A DNA stretch of 63,080 bases, counting the filler, from Choristocarpus tenellus KU-1152 (taxonomy: Eukaryota > Protista > Phaeophyceae): assembly GCA_964200185.2 (NCBI GenBank). It is 7 parts of 7 records of this genome, joined end to end, with 100 filler letters (N's around TTAATTAATTAA, not from the genome) between each part and the next. Parts side by side here need not be neighbours in the genome. Positions count along the whole stretch, not along the records: positions 26,798 to 32,310 come from CAXNAD020010558.1; positions 32,411 to 50,995 come from CAXNAD020000536.1; 5 more parts are not named here. One strand, given 5' to 3'. Shown piece by piece: positions 26,798 to 39,400 of this stretch (position 1 is its first letter; each line of letters begins with the position of its first letter). The position numbers were made by a program, and so were the translations under genes. Below the pieces are notes generated by a model. It did no database searches and was not told where the DNA came from. It was given only the letters and a program-made list of their open reading frames with translations.

Positions 26798-29700
26798 CCA
26801 AATCCTCCTTCCTTTACTCTTCCTGCTTGTTGACTCTTTTCCTAAGTTATCTTCTGAGGGATTGATCTCCCTCTTTGATCTTGTCTCTCTTTGATCTGTC
26901 CTCCTGTGGGTCTTCCCACTCCCCTTCATTACGAAGAACCTGTCGGCTGTTTCCACCTGTTTCACAGTGGTGACGATGGCAATCGTTTTGAAGTGGGAGA
27001 GTACTTTTCCAGTACTTTTTGGGGGAAACTCTGAGTACATTGCCTGTACTTTGAGCACCACATACGCAAAATCAGTTATAGTCTGATTGGCATACAGTTC
27101 GATCAAGGAGAAGACGAAGCACGTTCCGGACAACTTCAAACCGGTTCCTGAGCATCATGGCGGAAGTATTCAAGGAAAATAAACCCGATGAAACCCTTGA
27201 TGCATATGCCCTTCAGTTTTGACACCTTCTTGGTAGAATTACTACAGCTGTTGACAGTTCATGTATAGATTCTAGTGACCGTAAATATATTAATCAAATC
27301 GACATTTCATTGGACGTTCAAGCAACAATCAAGCCTCTTCGACGCCCCCTTTGACGCCCTCTTCACGTGGTCGCCAAAAAGGAGCAAAACGTTGACAGGA
27401 TGATCATGCGTCACACCGTGTTATCTGTGAGAACCCCTTCTAGGAAATTCGAAATCATGATTGGGCATGGTGTAAAGATTATGTCGATATGCCGGGAACG
27501 CTGGTCCGAATTTCAGAGGAAGAAAAACAGAAATACATTGATGGGGCCCAAAAGACAATATACCCTGTAGTTCTTCTGGATCCGGAGTCGAGTCTAGTAT
27601 AAGAGTTGACAGGGTTGTAAAACGAGCGAAACACGATTCGTCCACTGGTATTGGCTCCACAAGCTCAGTTTATTCCTCAACATATCCAGAACAAACATGC
27701 TTCATGTCCAATTTTTCCCTTCGGTGCTGATCAGAATTCTAATAGTGAAACTACTTTTTTCATGACACTCCAGTGCATTGTCACAGTACACATCTCTTCC
27801 TTTGTCTATAAGTTCATAGTCTAAACGTACACGTGTGGAGGGAAAAATTAATTCTGAATCAGCCACATTGACCTTGGATACTGCGAGGGATATACCATGT
27901 ATTGCTCACATTTTTTCAAGTTCCCACTCTTTGATCCAGAATTCCCATAATGAACCAATTCCACCAGGTGCAATCAATCTTTGTTCTGCAGATGGCAGTG
28001 TTTTGACCATGATCGGATTTATCAGGTTTTCTCTTAAATTAGGTAATATTACATTCCCAGTTGAAGCTTTAGTGTTGCCCACTTTAGGACCTGATGATGT
28101 TGCTTGATAACAGTATTCTTGATGCTTTTGGAGCGACATATGACTGGAAAACTCAAAGGTTATCATTCCAAAAAAGTACAACTGTCATACCTGTCATTCA
28201 TCTTACTACCCCTTCTTTTGATATGTCATCCCCTGTTCAAATAGCAGCTATACAAGCAAAAGTTCCTCTTACACCATTTCGCTTGAAGGAAAAAAATTCC
28301 ATTCCACCAGAATCTGAAACGCTTGTATCTGCTGTAAGTGAGGAAAACCCCTCTGTAACTTGTGATGCTGTTGTAAAACCACGTATCTGTTCCTTTCATG
28401 ATAATAGTTCATTAAATTTTAATGATCCTTCGCAATTTATTGCAGTTGCTCAAACAGTTACAACATGGGATTCTGATAATGGATCAGGGGTAGTACAAAT
28501 TGCTAATATGTCCTCACAAGCAGTTCATTTACCCAAGAATACTTTACTTTACTTAGTCACATCTACCCTGCAAACATAATCAATACCAAACACTCTCACA
28601 CTGTTTCTGCAACATCTCTATCCGGACCTGTTCGAGAACGTCTTGATAATGCGTTGAAACCTGCTTTTCTCAACACAACTTTCACTTCATCTCAAATACA
28701 AGAAACACTAAATCTTTGTGCCAAATTCCGTTCAGTATTTTCCCTCAATACCTCTGATTTGGGAACTTGCACCATTGAGGAAGCTGATCTTCCTCTCGAA
28801 CCAGGTACCAGACCGATTAGTTGAGCACCATATCGTACCAATCCACAAGTGAGAGGTATTATTGATAGATGTGTTGACGATTTACAAAACCAAGGATTAA
28901 TTGAACCTCGTTCTAGCCCATGGGGTTCCCCTGTTACTATTTTTGCTAAAGTAGATGGGGCCCCAAGATTCTGCATTGATTATCGGCGGACTATCAATAA
29001 ACACCTAATTTAACGTTCTTGGCCCATGCCTTTAGCTGAAGAACATCTTGATTCCATTGGCGCAGCAAAATTTCTTTCTGTTGCAGATGTTCAATCAGCA
29101 TATCATCAGTTCCTGTGGCGGAAGCAGACATTGACAAGACTGCTTTTGTCACCCATAAAGGCAAGCTTGTATGGAAACGACTTCCTTTTGGTTTGAGCAA
29201 TGCTCCATTTATTTTTCAACGTATGATGGCTCGAGCTCTATCTGATTTTGGCACGGGGTCAGGTCTGTTATGTTACATGGATGATCTCTTTCTTTGTTCG
29301 ACCACTTGGCAACACCATATAACTTTGCTTGAAAAGCTTTTTAATGCCCTTCAAAATGCTGGCCTTACTACAAAACCTTCTAAATTGAAGTTTGGTCCAG
29401 CAGAAGTGGAATACCTTCGTCATATTGTCTCTAGTGCAGGGGTACGTCTTGGAAAAGCTCGAATTCAAGCTATTGTTGACCTGCCCACTCCCTGAACAAT
29501 AAAGGACATTCGTTCTATCCTTGGTATGTGCATTTTTTGTCGAAAGTTCATCCCACATTATTCAGACCTGACAGAACCCCTTCTAAAATTCACACGTAAA
29601 GAATTCATCTCTCGTCCTTCTGGTGAAATAGGAAAAGCATGGACATCAGTTCACGATAACACATTAGAAAAAATAAAAATGGCATTAACATCGGCCCCCC

Positions 29701-32310
29701 TTTACATTATCCAGACTTCTCGAAATCGTTTGTGGTACACGTGGATGCATCCAACCTGGGTAGTGGTGGTGTTTTTGCTCAAAAAGATTCAGATGATCCA
29801 ACGAATTCCTCACTTCATATTGTGGCTTACTTTAGCAAGAAATTTGATGGAGCACAACGAAATTATTCAGCTACATACAAAGAATGTTTAGCAGTAGTCC
29901 ATGCCATTAACCACTGCCGTCCATATCTTTGGGGTCGACATTTTGATTTATTCACTGATCATGCGGCACTCCGTTATCTGTATTACATGCAAGACACAGA
30001 TAATATGTTGACACGTTGGGCTCTTGCTCTTCATTGTTTTGACTTTACAGTTCATCATAAACCTGGCAGAGACAATGTTGTACCTGATGCCCTTTCTCGT
30101 CTTTTTGATATTGAGATTGATCGTATGCCAAAAGTACTTTCTCCTATTTGTAGGAATATTCCGGAAAACACTATTTCAAATGTGGTAACCCCACGTCCAG
30201 CATACGAAATATATCCAGACCGCCATCATAAATTAGACATAATTCAGAGTGACCGTGAACTTTTTAGTAGTTCTGTGAACATCTTTCCAACTCTAGACCA
30301 CATCAAAATTCGGGACGCACAAATGAAACAATTTTCTCTTTACTTTGTGTATTTACAAAACCTTGATTCAGTGTCTTTACCTCCTCGTGAATCAAGGTAT
30401 AGCATGTCATATTTTTATGTTGATGATGACACTAACTTGCTTTACCGATCATATTTTCCAGGGCATATACGAAAACACCGTGTTTTTCGTGTTCAATTAG
30501 TAGTTCCATAAGAATTACAATCTTTGGTCTCGTATGCTTGCCATGACCATCCCGCCTCGAGGGGTCATTTTGGTCTTTCCCATACTCTGGACTAGGTACG
30601 AGACCGATATTGGTGGCCTATGTTTCAAAAAGATGTTAGAGAATGGTGTGAAAGATGTCAACTTTGCCAAAGACGAAAAACCTCTCACAGACGTCCTACA
30701 TTACCTCAAGGACAAATTCCTGCCACTCGACCATTTGAACGGATTGCTGTTGATCTTGTACAGTATAAAACCATTTTCCGTGGTTGCCGTTATGTTCTTT
30801 CGGCTATTTGTCAATTGACACGCTTTGCTTTTCTAATTCCCATTCCAGACAAACAAGAAGTGACCATTGCCAAAGTTTTGTTTGAAAGGATATTTTCAAT
30901 ATTTGGGGCACCCGAAATCCTTCACTCTGACCAAGGTTCGGAATTTGAAAATAAACTTTTTCTGGAATTACAGTGTTTGGGTACCATAAAGCTCGAACCA
31001 CACCCTACGGACCTCAGGGTAACTCTGTCTTAGAACGTATTCATTCTACTTTGCATCAAATGTTGTCCATGTACAGTAACATTGCAGAGAATAATTGGGC
31101 GACTGTTGTTCCATTCCTTCAATTGACTCACAATACGGCATACAATACCACATTACAAGAAACATCTTTCTTCTTACTTCTTGGACGCCGGCCAATTTTA
31201 CCGATAGATGTCATTTTTGGTCTATCTAAAACAACAGTTGCACAATCTAGTCAAGAGTTTACTCAATCAACAGCTGAGAATTTACAGTTAGCATTTGAAT
31301 TAGTCCGTCGCAATCTGGGAGAACGGAATGCTAAGAAAAACACTAACAATGAAACTCTTGTCTTCCCTGTGTTTCAAGTTGGAGCTCGAGTTTTGGTGCA
31401 TCGTCCACATACTGATTGTGACGGACCTAATACAAAACTGATTCGTCCTTGGCGTGGACCTTTCACTGTCACCGCCAAGATTTCCCCTGTAGTTTACTGT
31501 GTTCGTAAACAGGGTGACATCAAAGATATTTCTGTTCATTTAGCCCACTTGAAACCTTACATTCCAAACACACAACCACCTGAACCTGAATTTATGAAAC
31601 TCAGTGAATTTTTTCTTGGCCGAACTTTTCCCTTACCAGATCTCGATGATTTAGAATCCACGGTAACCATTGGATTAGTGAAGTCATTGTGGGACACAAG
31701 TTTGGCCATGGATCTCGTTCACCTATGTACATAGAATATAGATTACGTCTTGAAGGCTATGACCAGGCTTCTGATGTATTCTATCGTCCACGTGATTTGC
31801 CACAATGTGCAGATATGATTGCTGCATATAGGCAACAACATTGTCTGGATACACCTCATTCCAACACAAAACCTTCGATTGATATCAATTCTGATCAATG
31901 AAAAAGTTTCCATACTTTATTGAATTTTATGCTGAAGGTAATATATGCATTTTTTCAAATATATATGTGCTGCGAATTTTATTCGTGTTTTTGTCAATGA
32001 TTTGTGGTTGTGTTGTTACATAAATATTTTTTGATATATATGTGACATGGATTTCTATTTGGCCATATCAACTTTTGATAAATTGAATTTTTTTTTGTAC
32101 ACGTGCACCCATGTATGAACAGAGGAGACCCGAGTTCATTTCTTTGCAAATGACTCTTGCACACTTGTTATATATATATATTTTTTTTCATTTTTCTTTT
32201 CATATCTTTTTCCGGAGGACAACTATTTTGATGAACAGTTATTTCAGTGATGGTACAGTACCTACCCCGATTTGTGCACCCATGGGTGGCATGCCCGAAA
32301 AAAGCGGCAC
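26798..32310 (+). mobile_element. Ty3/Gypsy (chromovirus-like) LTR retrotransposon, decayed
   Basis: Putative LTR end ...TCACA at 26966 followed by PBS-like TGGTGACGATGG. Protease-like LDTA..CI (27835-28107), RT (SPWGSP, RFCIDYR, KTAF, PFGLSNAP, YMDD; ~28700-29495), RNase H (VDAS, YFSKK, ECLAVV, TDH, PDALSR; ~29730-30110), integrase (H..GH/CxxC, PFERIAVD, HSDQGSEF, PQGNSVLER; ~30530-31300), GPY/F-like WRGPF, chromodomain-like tail. Multiple stops and frameshifts. Confidence 0.95.
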
Positions 32311-32769
32311 NNNNNNNNNNNNNNNNNNNNNNNNNNNNNNNNNNNNNNNNNNNNTTAATTAATTAANNNNNNNNNNNNNNNNNNNNNNNNNNNNNNNNNN
32401 NNNNNNNNNNCTATACATCCTGTGGAGGTAAGCTTCTGGAGCGTGCTGTAACATGGAGGTCCTACCGAGACTTCCACCCTGTAAAACTCTCTCCCACACA
32501 ACGTACTCCGGAATGTGTATGTGACATGACCCTAACACTAAGCGGCACAATGCATACATACCCCAATAACAACAGCAATCTAACTGCAAGCAATTCGTCC
32601 ACGATTGTGTCCTAATGTATGCAACTCATAAGCCTTCTCCCTCACCTCTTTGCTTTGCTCAGGAACTAAGGTCATTGACAGACAGATAAAAAAAACGACA
32701 CAGATGGAATACCATCCTGTACTTACCACTATGGTTCAAAACTTAAGGCAAGAAATGTCTGACCCTAAC

Positions 32770-32952
32770 AACCCAAAGTACCTGGGGGGGGAGGGAGGGT
32801 CTACACCAGAGTGTCCATTTGGACCAAAACCAGGAAAACTGCACTTTCACTATCCATCCAACGTATGGAAAACCAAATCACCCAAATATCGCGACATGAA
32901 AAAATTGACCCCAAATGGACTGTCGCCACCCCCCTCCCAGATACTTTGAGCC
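32770..32952 (+). mobile_element. MITE family 2 copy, TSD TAAC
   Basis: Homologous to 16978-17157; TAAC on both flanks. Confidence 0.85.
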
Positions 32953-33089
32953 TAACCCTTGTTCCAAATCATGTTTAAACAGCAACAGCCACCTAACCCA
33001 AAAAACCTACATAAGGGCAACTTTCTTCGCATCACCACACAGTTCACATGGATCCAAGCGCCAAGCACACATCCTAAATGCAAAATTTA

Positions 33090-33226
33090 CACCCCACTTC
33101 CATCAAAAAAAGATCAACCCTCCACGACACAAGACAACCAAATGCACCGTTTTTGCAACATCTGGTCTGGGCCCAAATAGACACCCCAGTGCAGACCCCC
33201 CCCCCCCCCCCCAGATACTTTGGCCC
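33090..33226 (-). mobile_element. MITE family 2-related partial copy
   Basis: Ends CCCAAATAGAC...CCCCCCAGATACTTTGGCCC. Confidence 0.65.
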
Positions 33227-34707
33227 ATTTAGAACAGAGGTTTACTCAATCTAAGGAACCCAATCGTTGAAAACAATTAGAAATTTTATCCAAGTAAACG
33301 CTATTTCTCTTACAATTGTATCACTTCATTTTTATAATGACCCATACATCGATTATGCGATCATCCTGTATTTCGTGTTGCACTATTATTAGTTATAGAA
33401 TAGGAGTGGAGTTGGATGCTCCATAATCAAGTTATGATATAATTATAGTTAATAGTGAATAAGTTATATTACAATAGGTAAATGTTTTTCCCAATCTTAT
33501 TCTTAGGTAACTCAATGGTGTGACAACGTAGGGTGTTTAATGTAAAATAAAAAATTATTTTACATTGTTGAAAATAATATTGTGTTAAATTTTTCGTTTG
33601 CAAAGATGATGCGTATATATTGTAGAAATAAAGACTGCATATGCATTATGGTTGTAACAATACATAAATATATTTGACAAGCAATGAAAAAGCAACTCAA
33701 CAACCTATTTGACAATATTGCTTTTTATCAGTATGCCAGGGATCAAGGAGGGGTCATTAACATATCACAGACAGATATTCCTTGGGCTCAAAAAGTAACA
33801 TCAGTGCGTCCTCTGCATCCCCATTACAACAAACAGGTGACTCCCTCTACACCGAATCATCAGCACTGGTCATGCAATACACAAAAAAGCAATAGAGAGA
33901 TACTCTGATATGTGTTCATAGACACAATTACTAGGAAGAACTCTAGAAAGGTATCGAAAATATAGCACGAGAAAAATTTTAGATAAAATTATAAATACTC
34001 AATGACAACTTATTTGGCAACCAAATCCCCAGTCAGATTCTTACTTTTTTTGCATTGTATTACCCTCACTACGATTGTCCACCACAGTTTGTTCTCTGAT
34101 ATTACTGTACCAGAACACAATTACCATACAACTTGGAGTTATGGCTGTTGAGTATCAAATCTAAAACTGTTCGGAGTGGTAGGAGTGGGCGAGTGATGCG
34201 GAAATGACACGAGGGAAAAAATCCACTTTCAAATATATTTGTTATGTTTGAATTTGGATAGATCAGATTGGAATATGAAGGGAAGCCAATTGTTTGAGAT
34301 GAGAGAGGGTGCTCTTGATTGGAACAACAAAAGTATCGATGTCATGGGTGGTGCACATCGTCAGCTTATGATATAGATGACGTAGTCGTTTTTTGGTGTT
34401 TTGTTCGAGATCTTGATTCCCTGATGATCACTCAATGGTAGGTTATGAAAGGCTATGGTCAAGTCGATGGTATAATGTAACAAGGATCAATCAAATCTAC
34501 ATTGTGGAGGCCTCTTCATTGGTGGGTCTTGGTCTGGCCTTCTTTGTCTCGCTGAGGTTCCTCCACAACATCAATTGACTGACCTGCTGGGTATGGTAGT
34601 TTTCACACCCCGTGTTATAGACACAGAGGTATAGCGAACCCAAACAAGCTGATGGGTGTCATTTTGTCGCACAGACGTGAATGTGGGGCTGTGGGGCTGG
34701 TGCGTAG

Positions 34708-34958
34708 GAGTGAAAGCATCTTAGAGGATACGTGTTTCACTCTCTTTGTTCGTTTGGGGCTTGACTTCCCATGGATATTTGATGGCATTTTACCTCCTCC
34801 AAAACGTTTCGGAGTAAGTTTAGTGTATACGGTATGAAACGGTATGTCTGGAACAAGGGTATTGACACAAACACAATAGCCAAAATTACATCAAGATCGC
34901 ATTATTTGATTTTGGTCCCAAAATGGACTCGGCTCTACCCTCTAAGATACTTCGACTC
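34708..34958 (+). mobile_element. MITE family 1 copy
   Basis: GAGTGAAAG...ATACTTCGACTC termini. Confidence 0.88.
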
Positions 34959-36445
34959 TAGGTTTGAACGGACAGCAGGAAACAAAAAAATTGAAATATA
35001 GAGGCATCACAGGTTAGCGCCCTAAATAGAAAATCGTATCTTGGGCCACTCCCCACCAACAACAATGTTCAAAATAAAAATGTTGGACTACGCAAAAGAA
35101 GTTCTAGGGATGGCAAAGGGGGGTCTGTGTCTGGGTAGAAGGCGTGGGATGGTTGTGTCTTGGGGGGGCTGTGCGTAACTGTGCAAAATAAAATCGAGTA
35201 ACGTTTGGAGTGAATTCTCCACAATTTTTTTGTTCAGAACTGGATTCGACTGAGAATGAATTGAAGTTAAGGGGGGATCTGTGAATACTTATGAGTATCC
35301 AATGGTTTTTGTGTAGGGATATATATATATATATATATATAAATATATCACTAAACTTCAACTTAAGATTAACAGGTGGTGTAAAAAAATGGCTACATTA
35401 ATAGTTGGGGATGATCCAGACCCGTCAGCAAAGGCACTACGCACTGCGCACCACTTATCATACTAAGCACTGGCATACTATCGCACTACAACTAATTGTA
35501 ACTGTCGCCCCATCTCCTCCCTCGAATCTTCTTGTGGTGGACCTTTCCTGATTTTTTTTCCACTTTGATCTTGGTTAGGTGCTTTTGTGGTATCCCAACA
35601 CAGATGATCGGATTGTAAAGGGTCACCTCGTTGTGCTGTTACCTACACACTCGTAACACTCTGATTGGGTAGTGGTAGTTGTCCTTCAACCCTCAACTCC
35701 AATCCTATCGAAACCAGATTTTAGTGAAAAGAAGTCTGAGGTCGAAGGAGCTCAAACCCCGAAAATGTGATATTTTAAGTGAGAGCGATGATGGACGAAC
35801 TACGATGCGCATATTAGAACGTGGAATATCTTCTCCATGATTATAGAGGGAACCTACATGAGGTTAATTGACCCCTTCTTCTTCACATGGTTGGTATAGA
35901 ATGCGGAATCGCCTTCTGTCATATCATGTTCATATAAACCTGGGTTTTCTTGGTACTGGACAAACCACAATGTTTGTTGAACTTCGAATATGTCCAAAAC
36001 CATCCAACTAACACATCAAATTTTGATAATTTCACACCTCTATCAGGTTTAGGGATAGATATTTTTTGGAAGGAAGAGGAACATACAGCCAAATATACCA
36101 AAACAAATTCAAGACCTTTGGATATAACTTACAATAATGTATATATAACCATTAAGTAAAACAAGCGATGTCGCAACTAGATTTTTGGGGGATAGTCAGT
36201 GTTTGTTTGTATTTTATTATTCGGTGATCTTCTACCACAAGAGGTTTCACAGAACGAACCAGAAGAACGCGGACCAATTCAAATGAAGTAGTTCTAAGTA
36301 GAATTATTGGAGATCTGGCTCTCACAAATGAGCAGGTACTTGTAGTTTGACACAACACATTGATCTCATTCATCACAACCACAGCGAGCACACCCCACTC
36401 TTCGGAACGCCACAAATTCCACTTGTTCGACATACTCGCTGAGCG

Positions 36446-39400
36446 ATGAGGGCTATAGCTTCGTTTCTACTGGTCACTATTTACCTTGCTACCACAGCGG
36501 TGATACGCAGGTGGTCTACGGATGAGATTCGCTCGAATATATGTATTATTCCTTTGGGACCATTATGCGAGATCGAGAACACGAACGGCGAACGTACTTG
36601 TTCGAACTCATCAGCTCCTGGGTATATGCCATCGTTCTTGAACTGAGGAACGCAATGTATAATGATAGTTCCATCTGTACTGCAGACTACCATATCAAAT
36701 ACATGGGGAAAAAATTAACTGCCCTCCAACCTCGTTTATTGTCCTCCAGTTCTGCGTGCATAGTCTTAGGGGGAGACTGCGCCGAAAACGCCGACTGCTG
36801 TGATGACCTAGGACTGAATCAGGGTACTTCTTGCGTTGGCACAACATGCGAGGCTGAATGCTCTGCCGTAGCTAGCCTCCAGGTCCCCTTCCCAATGACA
36901 GGTGACATGGAAATTTCAGTTCCGTCTACGGTGTCATGTGATACTGTTTATGACCTTCACGTACAGGGTGGCACGCTGACGCTCGCTGGTTCGCAAGCAA
37001 AGTGAGTGGTGCACCTTATAAGAATGTGGTGATCAGTCATGAGGGGGCTGTAGAAGACGTGGCGGAAAGGGCACTATTCCCTGTCCATACGTCGCAATCT
37101 TCCATAATTAATGCCTAATCCCTTTTCTTCTTGCACTCCACCTGATTATCTTTCTTTGCCTTTTTATCCTCCCCCCTAGAAATCGAAAGTGCAGTAGGCA
37201 ACATACTTGTGTTGACGAAAGAGATTACCTCAATCGTTATATTAGAGTGCACTGTATCTTTTTTCGGTAGCATGCACTATCCGTGTGATACGGTATACGT
37301 TAAAAAGAGTAAGATAGTGTCACCCACATATTTCATAAGATTACCTCCATGACATGTTCCAGATGTGTCATAGTAAGGATAAAACAAAGACCAAAACAAA
37401 CTAGGGAAGTACAAGAACTTCCACAGCTAAAGTGGTTATGTCCAATATACGTTCTTCAAATCTGCCCTAACACACAACAATGGAAATTGTTCCCAAACAA
37501 AAAAATATTCGTACGATCTTCCTTGTGTATCCCTGCAATTGTGGTTGATTAGCTAGAGCATAACCATATGTAGTGTTGACGAAATTGTTGCGAACAAGAA
37601 GATAATTGGTACGCGTATCAAACGCAAACTGCTAGGTGGTAATTGATTGTAGATTTGATGTGGAATGTACGATGACATAACACAATAGGGACTACAGGAG
37701 TGAGTGTAAAAGAAAATGTATACTATTAGTATTGCATTGTCCGTATGAATATATGCAGACATATGGGGACTTTTCATATTTCAAGCATTTAACCAGAAGT
37801 GCTGACCGCACAGCCATGAGCTGGCCCATGATGTACACTGCAAGCGAATATTCAATCTCGATATCACTTCCTATCTATGCCTTGCTTCTGTACCCACAAT
37901 GCACTTCCACTCAGCTTCAAGAAGATCAGATTCATTGTCTATGATGGAGCGACAATTGTGTTCGACATTGACACCGCTACCTTTGGTCCAAGTCCAACCA
38001 ATGAGGTAAACAAGTCCTTCATTGCCTGAGTACAGAACAGGGAAAACATTACATAATACGCGCACTCTGTGTTTCCATGGTTATATATATTGTAGTAAGT
38101 GTACTACATGCAGTATGTGGTACAGCTTACAATGCTGTTTAAATCCTGCTCCAGAGAACCTCCATTGGTGATTTGTTGATCTCCCCATGAAGAAGTTGAA
38201 GTTGTTGGTTTGTGGAATCTGTAATTTGTTGTCTTGGGTGTCTATCATGCACAGGACTCAAGGTACTTCACCCAACTAAATTGTTTCCGTATTTGTAGTG
38301 TATTGTCCAATCACTGTGGAGTTCTTAGGCCTTTGCTACTTTTCATTGCATCGCATCAAGCACACTGGAAGACTCTGACAGGAGTGTGTATGCGGGATCT
38401 GGACAAGAATTTCTCCAGAGAAGGGTGGGTACATGGCGTTGGAGAGATGAGTGTGAAAATGGAGGTTCTAAGGCCTATGGAGACGCGCCAATTGCTCCCC
38501 TGTCCACGTGTATTGCCTCTCTGTCAGTCAGGATTGTGGTAATGGATACATTGAGTGGGTGATTATTAGAAGTTCAACGCATGATTGGTGAATGTTAAGG
38601 CACATTGAGGCATAGCGACACCTTCCCACTCCACAAGTATGTGTGTTCACGTCAATCAGGATGATAGTTCTGGATACATGCTGTGGGTCTTGTCAGGCGG
38701 GACAATCAAGTTCACTGGAGATGTGGAGGCAACAGGTGTTGAAGACGTGAGGTCTTTCATTGGCAACTGGGGAGAAATCGAGTGAGAGATATATTCAGAT
38801 GTGATATGCTTTCTGCTGAAATTGTCTTGGCTTAGAAGAGATTCACTCGTACCTTGCAACAAGATTATGTGGAGCATATATCCAGGCGCCAGTGACCAGG
38901 GGAAGATAAATCAATCCGTAACTTATACTCCAAAAATATTGCCTTTTCTGAGTCTATATAACTCAATGTGAAATCAATACCTTTCTACTGCACCTTTCTC
39001 CTTACTGACCAGTTTCGCTGGGACAACCTCCTTTGTGGAAAACGAAAACGTGATTCGGTCAAACTTCGGCGGGAGCATCCGGTAAGATTGAAGAGGCCGT
39101 TCTGTTCACTACAGTTTGACTGCGATGGCAAATTGCTTCCCCCAATTGAAAGTCCCATGTGAACTCAAGAATTTGCCCCAAATTCCCCACTGATTGTTGT
39201 TGGTTCAATTAAGTTAATTTTATTTATTTATTTATTTTGGTTAGCTAATCGATTCCAAACGTCTCATCCGAATGACTTGTACAGGTTTGGTGGCCGGTCA
39301 GACTTCATCAACAACAAGTTTCTTGCCCTCAGCAATCTTGACTCAGATGATGGGCAAGGCGGCAACGTTGTGTGAGTGAACGATGACACATTTCGTTGAC

